64,000 nucleotides of DNA from an uncultured bacterium (GTDB lineage Bacteria; Verrucomicrobiota; Verrucomicrobiia; Limisphaerales; UBA8199). Both the position numbers and the translations under genes were made by a program. Positions 55,330 through 64,000 of this stretch are shown one piece after another. Where the stretch lies: positions 96,001-160,000 of the forward strand of contig CAVVMW010000010.1 of NCBI GenBank assembly GCA_963749495.1. Reading direction: 5' to 3'. The first letter of the stretch is position 1, and each line of letters starts with the position of its first letter. A model generated the notes under the pieces. It saw only the letters and a list, made by a program, of their open reading frames with translations, had not been told where the DNA came from and made no database searches.

Positions 55330-56998
55330 ATGAAAATCCACCTGACGGTCCTTACGCTTAGCCTGACCGTTGCTTCGCGACTACCCGCAGTACCAAGCGA
55401 CCCGACGCTTGGCACCCGCGAGGAGCTATACGGCCTGGGTGCGGTCGGGGCGATCGTCGTGCAACCGGATGGCAAGATCGTGGTGTGCACAGCCAATGGG
55501 GATCGTTTGCCTCTTCGTGAACCAGTGCACCGGCGTCTTCGGGTGGATTCCCGGACGCGTCTTTCGGTTTGAGAACGACGGTTCGGTGGATCGCAGTTTC
55601 CGTTCCGACTCCAAGTCGAACCACTCTGGCCGATAAATGATTGGTGTCTGTCACTTCAACCCGACGGCAAACTACTGGCGCCGGGCCAAAAAGGCAGCAT
55701 CGGTCGGCTGGCCCCGGACGGGAGGCTCGAGCAGACCTTCCCTCTGCAACCGGCGGAAACGAACGCGCCCCCGATTTGGGCACAATCCCTCCTGCTCAGG
55801 CCTTGTGCCTTGGGGTCGGCAGGGGAAGTCGTGGTCCGAGGCGTGTGTCCCGAGCCTGCACGGTTCACAAACGGATGGGACAGCTACATGTGGCCTGTGC
55901 CCGTGGTCCACTGGTTCGATTCCACAGGCCGGTTCCTCCATTCGAGCCCAGGGACCGAACACGCGCCGGATCTGGCCGCAGAACTGAACGTCGTCGGTAT
56001 GTGCGTTCGGCACATACTTTGGTATGCCCCACGACACGACAGGCCGGATAAGGCCTTTGTTTACATGCTCCCGACCCCGCCGCTGGAAAATCAGTTCGCC
56101 GATCCGGCAGTGGCCGCCCTCCTTCGCAGGGTCTCCGAGGAATTGCCCCTGTCGCTGTGCCGTTACGCGGTGCGCCTGCCTGACGGAGGCGTTGTTCTGG
56201 CCCTCTGCCTGGGGAACGGAATCATGACCGGCTGCCTGGTGCGCTTCGACCCGGGGTGGCATTGGGACCGCACCTTCCTGGCTCGCTATGAGATGGCAAC
56301 CACCGTCCACCCGATGGAGTTGGCTTGCGATCAGCGCGGGGGCCTTTTGGTCATCGGCTCGCTTGCGAAACTGAACGGGCAGGCGTTCACGGGTCTCGCC
56401 CGCCTGCTACCCGATGGCACTACGGACCCGGCCTTCCGAGCCTGTATCACCAACGGGATCCCGAGCTTTGACATGACCATGCAATTTCCGGGGGCAATCG
56501 CCGTCCAACGAGATGGCCGCATCCTCATTGGCGGCATGTTCACCGCTATCAACGGGGTCCCATGCTTCTTCCCTCGCGAGGCTCAACCCCGACGGATCGC
56601 TGGACCGGGAACTCACGGCGCGGTTCAGCAACGCGCGATTCGAAGAGGTGAAACGGCGGTTTGAGCTTTCGCGGATCAACCTTGCTGCCCGGCCGAAACC
56701 TGCAACCGCTCCCAGCGCCGGGAGCGCCAACACCGCTTTCCAGAGCCAAGGCGGGCCATCCCCTGCCTCCCAGACTGTCTGGGTGCGCCGACTCGAGGTG
56801 GAGGAGGGTGCCGCGGGCATTGACTACGATGGAGCGCCCAACGGAACCTACATCCTCCAGGCCGCAGACTCCATCAATGCACCCGCCTGGTCCAACATCG
56901 CCACCAACCAGGTCAACGCTGCCGGTCGGGGCCGGTTCAAGGATGCCTCTGCCGCCACCGCCCCAGCCCGGTTCTACCGCGTGCTCAGCCTGCACTGA
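55330..56998 (+). CDS. Delta-60 repeat (beta-propeller) secreted protein, multiply frameshifted
   Basis: VVQPDGKIVV, RFENDGSVDRSF, ARLLPDGTTDPAF, AVQRDGRILIGG, ARLNPDGSLD; C-terminal RFYRV domain; pieces in several frames. Confidence 0.7.
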
Positions 56999-57063
56999 CC
57001 TTCACATCCGCGAACCTTACACGTCGTTTTTTGTCCGGTTTTCGCCCAACCGGGTGCTATAAG

Positions 57064-57240
57064 ATGGCCATGACACCCGACGGCGAACTGCTGCGGCACT
57101 GTGCAGAAACGAACTGCGAAGACGCTTTCGCCGAGTTGGTGCGGCGGCATCTCGGCCTGGTCTATTCAGCGGCGCTGCGGTACGTCAACGGCGTCCATCC
57201 GGCGAGCGGCAGGCGATGGCGAGCCGGATTTGATTTGTGA
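57064..57240 (+). pseudogene. N-terminal stub of an ECF sigma factor
   Basis: DGELLRHCAE..EDAFAELVRRHLGLVYSAALR, then homology is lost; keeps the upstream promoter motif. Confidence 0.8.
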
Positions 57241-57420
57241 AATGTGCCGCGGCGGCCAGGTTGACAGCTCTCCCGTCAGGTCTGGGCACTACCCCTCAGT
57301 GTGGTTAAGGGCCCTTGGCGGAACCGGCCGGAGTAACTAGATCGGTTGCCCGCTCCCGGGAGCAGCGGATCGGATCGCCCGCTCAAAACTGTGTCGGATT
57401 TTGCAGGTTTCGGGTGTTTA

Positions 57421-59070
57421 ATGGTAGAGATGCACGAGATTTCCGATGCACAACTGCTCCGGCGCTACGCCGAAAATGGGGACGAGGCCGCATTTCGTGA
57501 ACTCGTTGTCCGGCATGCGGACTTGGTTTATTCGGCTGCGCTGAGGCAAGTGGCGTCGCCTGATCTCGCGGGCAACGTGGCCCAGAGCGTGTTCATAGAC
57601 CTCGCTCGCAAGGCGCTGGAACTGGTGCGAACCCAAACCGGCAACGCTTCGCTTCTGGGCTGGCTCTACCGCAGCACACGCTTTGCGGCGCTGAAGCAGT
57701 TGCGTGATGACCGCCGGCGCCAAGCCCACGAAAGGCAAGTTATGGAGCACCTCCAGCCCGCCACTGGAACCGCGACCGATTGGGAGCGCGTCCATCCGCT
57801 ATTGGACGAAGCGATGTCCAATCTGGGCGAGGAGGACAGGCAGGCCCTGTTGCTGCGATTCTTCAAGAACCGTGATTTCCGCGCTATCGGCGAGTTGCTC
57901 GGCGTCAGCGACAATGCCGCGCAAAAACGCGTGAGCCGCGCGTTGGACAAGCTGCGCGCCGAATTCGCCCGCAGCGGCGTGACCACGACGGCGGTTGCGC
58001 TTTCGGCCGCACTTTCAGCCAACGCGGTGACAGCCGCGCCCGAGGGTTTGGCTGCGGCGGTTTGGGCCGCTGCCCTGGCCGAAACAACGATTGTCACCGC
58101 CGCAACCACAACCACTAAAGCTATTGCCATGACCACGATGCAAAAAACGTTAATCGCCGCGACGGTCGCCGCCCTCAGCGGCGCCACAGTCTTCACGGCG
58201 CATCAGGCCGCGCGCCTGCGTGCCGATGTCGCAACGCTTCGGCAGCGTGAGGCGCCGCTGAGTGAGCAAGCCGGATTATTGGAGCGGGAGCGGGATGCCG
58301 CGACAAACCGGCTGGCTTTGCTCGCGGGCGAGGTTGCGCGCTTGAGCAACGCCTCCGCTGAACTGCTGAAACTCCGGAGCGAGGTGGGCCGATTGCGCGC
58401 CCAATCCCAGGAGTTGGCCAGGCTAAAAGCGGGTGGTCCAGGGACAGAAACGGGGCCGGAGGAGGGAGCCTGGCTCGAAAGGGTCAAACTGCTCAGGCAA
58501 AAGCTCGACCAAACACCGGCAGCGAAAATCCCCGAGCTTCAGTTCCTCACCGATTTCGATTGGCTCATGGCCGCCAAACACAAATTGGACACCGAGGATG
58601 ATTACCGCCTGGCTTTTCGCGACTTGCGGTCGAGCGCGATAGGCAATTTTGTTCGCACAGCGGCAATCGCGTTGGGGAAATATGTCCAGGCCCATAATGG
58701 CCAGTTCCCCACCGATCTGGCGCAGCTGAAGTCCTCTTTCGAGACTCCGCCCAGCGATGATCTCTTGGAACGCTACAAGATCGTTCCCTCCGCCAGCCTG
58801 ACCGAGCTGGATCGTCCCGCGAACAGCGAATGGGTCATAGCACTTAAGTCCCCGCAGGACGAGAGCAACTGGGCCATTAGCCCAAACGGATCACACGCCT
58901 TCGTTGATAATCCGCAGATGACCATCCTCGCCCCGGCGATGAAAGCCGCGCTTGATGCCGCCCCGGTCGTCAACGGGGCGCGGCGACTCGATATTCATCA
59001 ACTGGCTCCTTACCTCACAACTCCCGAGCAAAAAGCCGCGTATGAAGAACTGATCCGGGCTTCAAAGTGA
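57421..59070 (+). CDS. ECF sigma factor fused to TM, coiled coil and helical domain
   Basis: DAQLLRRY..AAFRELV.RH..VAQSVF..LLGWLYR; AAQKRVSRALDKLR. Confidence 0.92.
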   Translation: MVEMHEISDAQLLRRYAENGDEAAFRELVVRHADLVYSAALRQVASPDLAGNVAQSVFIDLARKALELVRTQTGNASLLGWLYRSTRFAALKQLRDDRRRQAHERQVMEHLQPATGTATDWERVHPLLDEAMSNLGEEDRQALLLRFFKNRDFRAIGELLGVSDNAAQKRVSRALDKLRAEFARSGVTTTAVALSAALSANAVTAAPEGLAAAVWAAALAETTIVTAATTTTKAIAMTTMQKTLIAATVAALSGATVFTAHQAARLRADVATLRQREAPLSEQAGLLERERDAATNRLALLAGEVARLSNASAELLKLRSEVGRLRAQSQELARLKAGGPGTETGPEEGAWLERVKLLRQKLDQTPAAKIPELQFLTDFDWLMAAKHKLDTEDDYRLAFRDLRSSAIGNFVRTAAIALGKYVQAHNGQFPTDLAQLKSSFETPPSDDLLERYKIVPSASLTELDRPANSEWVIALKSPQDESNWAISPNGSHAFVDNPQMTILAPAMKAALDAAPVVNGARRLDIHQLAPYLTTPEQKAAYEELIRASK

Positions 59071-59147
59071 TTTCGCGCATTGGCCCGGGCCCGGCTGGCC
59101 TTGTGCCGAAAGGAATCATCAGAACTATTCGATTTTGCGGTCGTGCC

Positions 59148-59354
59148 TCAACACTTCCTGGCGGCAACGGCCCATGTCGCACAGATTGTCACGTTGGCCC
59201 AACCCTCCAGGATGCGCAGCAGGGCGCGGACGGCCGAATAACCTGGGGGATCGGGCAGCGCAGCGAGGACCTCCGCCGCGGTGGCCTGCCCGCGGGCGTG
59301 GAGCACGTCCAGGATCTGGCGCTCGCGCCGGCTGAGATGCGGTTCGGAGCTCAT
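59148..59354 (-). pseudogene. Truncated BlaI/MecI family repressor
   Basis: LSRRERQILDVLH..ATAAEV...DPPGYSAVRALLRILE, then unrelated sequence; no M56 partner. Confidence 0.8.
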
Positions 59355-59358
59355 AACT

Positions 59359-59417
59359 TGCTAACTTTTTAGCAGATCGCCGCCCGGAGTCAAGCGAAAA
59401 ATGCTAAAATGTTAGCA
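59359..59417. promoter_or_regulatory. Two palindromic operators TGCTAA-N4-TTAGCA
   Basis: 59359-59374 and 59402-59417, directly upstream of the truncated blaI. Confidence 0.75.
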
Positions 59418-59550
59418 TTATACGAAGAGCGCGACCTTGAGGTCAGGCCTCGGTTTTCCATCCTTCGCTCCCTTCGTTTCCTTCTGTTCGTCTTTTATCG
59501 TCTTCCGGGCCATGCCTTTGCAAAGCCGCAGCCAAACGGTGAGCAGAGGC

Positions 59551-59617
59551 AGGCAGAAAAATGGGGGCAGAAAGATGCTTTCAGGAAGAGAATTTTTCTG
59601 CCCCCATTTTTCTGCCT
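59551..59617. repeat. REP-like inverted pair
   Basis: aggcagaaaaatgggggcagaaa ... tttctgcccccatttttctgcct. Confidence 0.75.
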
Positions 59618-59723
59618 TCCCTTTTTTCCTGCCGGGTTGCGGCTGCGCCGCTTCAAGTCTCTGCGGTTTCATTGCCCGTCCGGACCAGCCTGCCGTTCCC
59701 CTCCGCCCATGAGATGAAGATGC

Positions 59724-61325
59724 TCAATGGGTCGCTGGCTTTTCTCTGGCTGGATCGATCTTGTTCAGCGCCCTGTTCGCCGCGTGGCGCGCGGCCATGG
59801 AAAACGTCCGCACGCGCTCGATGCTTGGAATCGCCGCTTTCGCAGCCGGTCCCATTTCCTCGATTGCCTCGAGAGCGCGGACCAACTCCATATCGGTCCC
59901 TTGTTGGTCGGCATTGAAGTTGCGATGGCGCAAGCGGCTGATCCGAAGATCTGGCGCCGCAGCGGAATCGAGCACAGCAACGAGGGTCGGCAGGCTCCTC
60001 TTGGGGTCATGGCTGATCCGCCAGATGGCCTGGGCCGCGGCGAGGCGCATCCACGAACTCCGATCCTGGAGCCGCCGCGCCAGCGCGGGCAGTGCTGCCA
60101 CCGCGGTCGTGCCCAGCTCACCGCACAACGTGGCGGCGGCCTCGGGTCCGCTGATCATCAGGTCCAGCGCCTCACCCTCGCGGGTCCTCCACATCAGTCC
60201 AGCCTTCCCGATGCCATGCGATTCGCTCTCCAGGCCCACCAGCAGGATCGGCATGGCCTCTTGAACCGGCCCCCCAACCTTTACCCGCGCCGCGGCGGCA
60301 ACCAGGCGGAGGTTTAGATCGCTGTTCGTGAGCAGAGGCGTGATTGCGGGCAACGCAGGTTTCGCGTCCGGGCCGATGGCCTGCAAGGCCCGAAGTATGC
60401 CGACCACCAGGGCCGCTTGCCGACCCGCCGCGACCCGGTCTCCAATCGGCTTGCCCAACACCAGCCGTTCCGCGCTCTCCTCCCGCAGGCGGGCTGCCAG
60501 GGCAGGGACCGCATCCGAGGCCACCGGCCCCAGACGCTCGAAGGCCAGGAGCAGGTCCAGAAGATTTCCCCCGGCCTCGAACAACTTGACCATCTCGGGT
60601 ATTGCCGGACGGGCAGCCTCCCCGAAGAATCCCATGGCCTGCACGACCGGCTCCAGCGCCGCGGGCTGCACGGGTTGGGACCGCAGGTTCGTCACCTCAG
60701 CCAAGAGGTAAGGAACCGCGGCGGGAATGGGCACCTGCGGCATCCGCAGATACCAGGCCAGCTCATTACCCGAAAAGTGATTCGTCTGCTCCCACTCTGC
60801 ACGCCAAAGCTCGAAAGTCCCCTGTGCCTGCGGCGCAATATTCAGTGCGGCCACCAGGGCAGTCGCCCGGACCATCAGGTTCGTCTCGACCCGCGCGATA
60901 CGCAGGATGTCCGGGAGGGCCGCCCCGGCTTCTGGGCCCAGGAGGCCAAGCCCGAACAGAGCGGTGCGCCGCACCTCCCAGTCCACGATGGGACGGCGGC
61001 CCCGCAAGAATCCCGGAAGACGATTCCACCGATCCAGCCTCGATTGGGAATCTCGCGCCGATTCCGGCTGCTGGCGAAGCAAACCCGCCAAGTGCGGGAC
61101 GGCGTTTGTGCCCAGCTTCGCCAACTTCGCCACCAAATCACCAGTTTGGAAATCATGTTGGCGCGCAACCCACTCCCGGAACGGCAGGCCATCTACCTTG
61201 AACCCCTCCGTTCGAGTAAAAAACCAAGTCCACACGATCGCTCCTGCCAGGACGGCGACGAACAGGCCCGCCCAAGGCACACGCCAGCCTGCCAACCGCC
61301 GTTTCCTGCCAGTCTCCGGATTCAT
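59724..61325 (-). CDS. Membrane-anchored HEAT-repeat protein
   Basis: TM, LGTNAVPHL, repeated (L/I)GPxAxxAxPxL. Confidence 0.85.
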   Translation of the reverse strand: MNPETGRKRRLAGWRVPWAGLFVAVLAGAIVWTWFFTRTEGFKVDGLPFREWVARQHDFQTGDLVAKLAKLGTNAVPHLAGLLRQQPESARDSQSRLDRWNRLPGFLRGRRPIVDWEVRRTALFGLGLLGPEAGAALPDILRIARVETNLMVRATALVAALNIAPQAQGTFELWRAEWEQTNHFSGNELAWYLRMPQVPIPAAVPYLLAEVTNLRSQPVQPAALEPVVQAMGFFGEAARPAIPEMVKLFEAGGNLLDLLLAFERLGPVASDAVPALAARLREESAERLVLGKPIGDRVAAGRQAALVVGILRALQAIGPDAKPALPAITPLLTNSDLNLRLVAAAARVKVGGPVQEAMPILLVGLESESHGIGKAGLMWRTREGEALDLMISGPEAAATLCGELGTTAVAALPALARRLQDRSSWMRLAAAQAIWRISHDPKRSLPTLVAVLDSAAAPDLRISRLRHRNFNADQQGTDMELVRALEAIEEMGPAAKAAIPSIERVRTFSMAARHAANRALNKIDPAREKPATH

Positions 61326-61538
61326 GCTGAGGGTGGAGTATCAGACACCGAACAGTTCGGCAAGTTTCGCAACTTGCGCTCTTGTGAAGCTTGGCCCTAT
61401 CAATGCCGCTGAGGCCGGCGTGAACACCAATTTGGCGCCGGTGGGGGACGCATGGCACTCGCGATCGTTGGAGCGCTGCTTGGGCTCTTTTTTTTGTCCG
61501 GTTTTGTCCCCTGGCGGCTGTATGATGGGTGAAAAGCG

Positions 61539-63184
61539 ATGCCGGACGATCAGCAACTGCTAAAGCGTTACGCCGCCGACGGCTCCGAGGCGGCTTTCAG
61601 CGATTTGGTCGCGCGACACGTGAACCTTGTCTATTCGGTCGCGTTGCGCCGAACCGGTGGTGATGTTGAACTGGCGAAGGACGTCGCACAGCTCGTCTTT
61701 AGGGATCTCGCCCGCAAGGCCCGCCGCCTGCCGGAGGCCGTGTTGCTGGCCGGTTGGCTGCATCGCGCTACCCGCTTCGCCGCCGCGCAAGCGGTTCGCG
61801 CCGAACGCCGTCGTCATGCCCACGAACAGGAAGCCGCCGTCATGAATGCACTTCGCTCCGAATCCACGCCCGACTGGGAGCACATCCGCCCGCTGCTCGA
61901 CGAGGCGCTCGACCGGCTCGGCCGGCGGGACCGCGACGCGCTATTGCTCCGGTTCTTTGAGCAGCGGAGCCTGGCGGACATCGGGACCACGCTCGGCTTG
62001 AGCGAAGAGGCCGCCCGAAAGCGCGTCAGCCGCGCGCTAGAAAAGGTCCGGGCGGATTCGTTCGGCGGGGTGTGACAACAACCTCGTCGGCTCTCGCCGC
62101 AGCCATTACGGCCAATGCGGTCCAGCTCGCGCCCGCCGGCTTGGCCGGAGCCCTGGCAAGCGACGCACTGACCAGCGCGATGGCGGGGAAGGGAGTCGCC
62201 TTCACCATGCTGGAATTGATGACTGCGCCGAAACTCCAGGCGGGAATGCTCGTGGCAGTGCTGGCCCTCGGCATCTCCCTGCTGTTCTGTGTTCAGCATG
62301 GGCTACGTGCAACCTTGCTCAGGGAGAACAGCGATCTCCGCCGGAGACTGGCCCAACTCGAACGGGGGAGCGGCACCCGGGCCGAGCCAGCCATCGAACT
62401 TGAGGAATGGCAACGCCTGCGCAGTGCCCAAGCGGAGGTCCTCCGTCTGCGCGGCGAGCTGGGTTTGCTCCTGCGCCGACAGCACGTGCCCTGGTTCCCG
62501 ACCAACCAAGTTGCCAAGACCGGAGACAAGCCGGCCCCAACGAATTACATTTCAGGGTTCCAAAGGCTCCAAGCTCGGGGGCGCGCCCAACTGGCCGAAG
62601 GACAAACGCTGGCGATCGGAGGCTGGCCGGCCCATCCGGGATACCGTCTGCTGTTCCTGGCGATACCGAGGATCTCGGACGAGAATCCGGACCAGGTGGC
62701 CCTCGACGTTTGGAGCATCGAGGCCGGCGAGAAGTTGCTGGGGCGCTGCGGTTTGACGGGTTTGCTCGCGACGACCGGCGTGCAGGGAACTCAGGCCGTG
62801 ATATCGGAGGACCAAAAGACCCGATTTCTGAAGACAATCAATGACAGCGTTGCGCAAAGGGTCCGTGGGGAAGAACCGAACGGGGACGATCTCGGGTCTT
62901 TCAGTTGCGATTGGCCGCCGGAGGTCACGTCCAACGGCGTGCCGAAGAGCGTATGGTCAACCTTCCTATCTTACCACGACTCCTGGATCGGGGTTGAGAA
63001 CCCGGAAAACCATGCGCTTAATGAGCCTTGGCTCGCGGAGAGGCCTGTCTCATCCGAGAAATATGATCTCGGACCCTATCTCGGAGCGCCGATCGTCCTG
63101 ACGCCGAGCATCATGAGCGACAATCGTTCCATCGATTTGACCATGCAGGCCATGATGTTTTGGTATCCTACGAATAAGCCGTAG
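61539..63184 (+). CDS. ECF sigma factor fused to TM and C-terminal domain (frameshift near 62060)
   Basis: DDQQLLKRY..AAFSDLVARH..AARKRVSRALEK; continues as RRGVTTTSSALAAA in ORF 62072..63184. Confidence 0.85.
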
Positions 63185-63187
63185 CCC

Positions 63188-63898
63188 GTGAGTGGCGGTA
63201 TGCGTAAATCAAGCGTCATTCTCGCCGGAGCTGTTCTGCTACCTTGCGCGGTTGGACTTCTCTCACAGCACCGTGGCATCGAGCGGCTGCGCGTGGAGAA
63301 TGGGATGCTTCGCGCCCAATGTGCCATGCTGCGAAACCAGGGCGGGGAGGCGAGGAGGTCCGATGAAATGGAGAGGCTCAGGCAGGCGTCGGCGGAGTTG
63401 CCCCGATTGCGCAGCCAGGTCGAGACACTGCGCAGCCAGGTCAAGCAGGATGGGGCATTCGACCGGGAAGTCGCCAAGGGCTTTGTCCCTCAAGACTGGT
63501 TCGCGCCCGCGGGTTACGCGGATGCCTGGTCGGCTCACGAATCCGCGCTCAAATATCTCGTCGAGGGAAATTTCGCCGCCTACCTGGACAGTTTCACTCC
63601 CGAGGGCCGGGCAGTGGAGCAAGAAAGGATCGATGTCAACATGAAGGCGGAAGGCAAGACGGAGGCTGAGCTCGGCGCCAGTTGGGCCCGGGAAGCGGCG
63701 GCGTCCTTTGGGGGATTTCGCGTGCTCTCGACCAATGTCGTTTCCTCGGACGAGGTCGTTTTGCGCGTCCAAGCATACTCTTTCGACGGCGCTTCGCGGA
63801 TCTATCGCGTCAAAGTCACTCACACCGGCAACGCGTGGAAGTTGACCACGCCGCCATTCCAATGTGTGGAGAGGCCTGAGCGCGCGGGCGACGATTGA
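63188..63898 (+). CDS. Membrane-anchored coiled-coil protein resembling the C-terminal part of the ECF fusions
   Basis: TM, LRVEN..ELPRLRSQV..LR motif shared with the sigma fusions; directly downstream of 63184. Confidence 0.65.
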   Translation: MSGGMRKSSVILAGAVLLPCAVGLLSQHRGIERLRVENGMLRAQCAMLRNQGGEARRSDEMERLRQASAELPRLRSQVETLRSQVKQDGAFDREVAKGFVPQDWFAPAGYADAWSAHESALKYLVEGNFAAYLDSFTPEGRAVEQERIDVNMKAEGKTEAELGASWAREAAASFGGFRVLSTNVVSSDEVVLRVQAYSFDGASRIYRVKVTHTGNAWKLTTPPFQCVERPERAGDD

Positions 63899-64000
63899 CG
63901 GAAGGGGCTGCGCACGAAGCGCCGGGGAGGGAGCTGGTTTCTCATTGGTCGGGCCCGTTGCAGCGAAAGTGCTCGTCTGAGACCAGCGCCTTGCGGTAGA

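Overview
High-GC bacterial window whose gene content points to Verrucomicrobiota (Pedosphaera/Limisphaerales-like; inferred from gene families, no marker gene seen). Bases ~1-19.5 kb are one minus-strand block: a BlaI repressor and BlaR1/M56 sensor followed by a MoxR AAA ATPase, DUF58, BatA/VWA, DUF4175-like, two VWA-GATase-like genes and a surface protein. Near-identical TACA-NN-TGTR operators lie in front of blaI and moxR, and the sensor's extracellular domain is homologous to two domains of the surface protein. The block ends in a gene whose in-frame UGA (661-663) sits in a U-G-G-A-C context followed by a SECIS-like hairpin, a candidate selenoprotein. Bases ~22-64 kb are an accessory region with about ten ECF sigma-factor loci (several fused to membrane or extracellular domains, some decayed) sharing an upstream promoter-like motif. 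It also holds four pilin-like (prepilin/H-X9-DG) genes, three HEAT-repeat genes, a BspA LRR protein, a delta-60 repeat protein, MITEs and REP-like palindromes, two group II intron 3'-end remnants, and a short IS-like insertion with an 18-bp direct repeat. Many genes carry single-base frameshifts, which could be long-read errors or real decay. No rRNA, tRNA, CRISPR array, transposase or reverse transcriptase was seen. All family calls come from reading motifs by eye, not from database searches.
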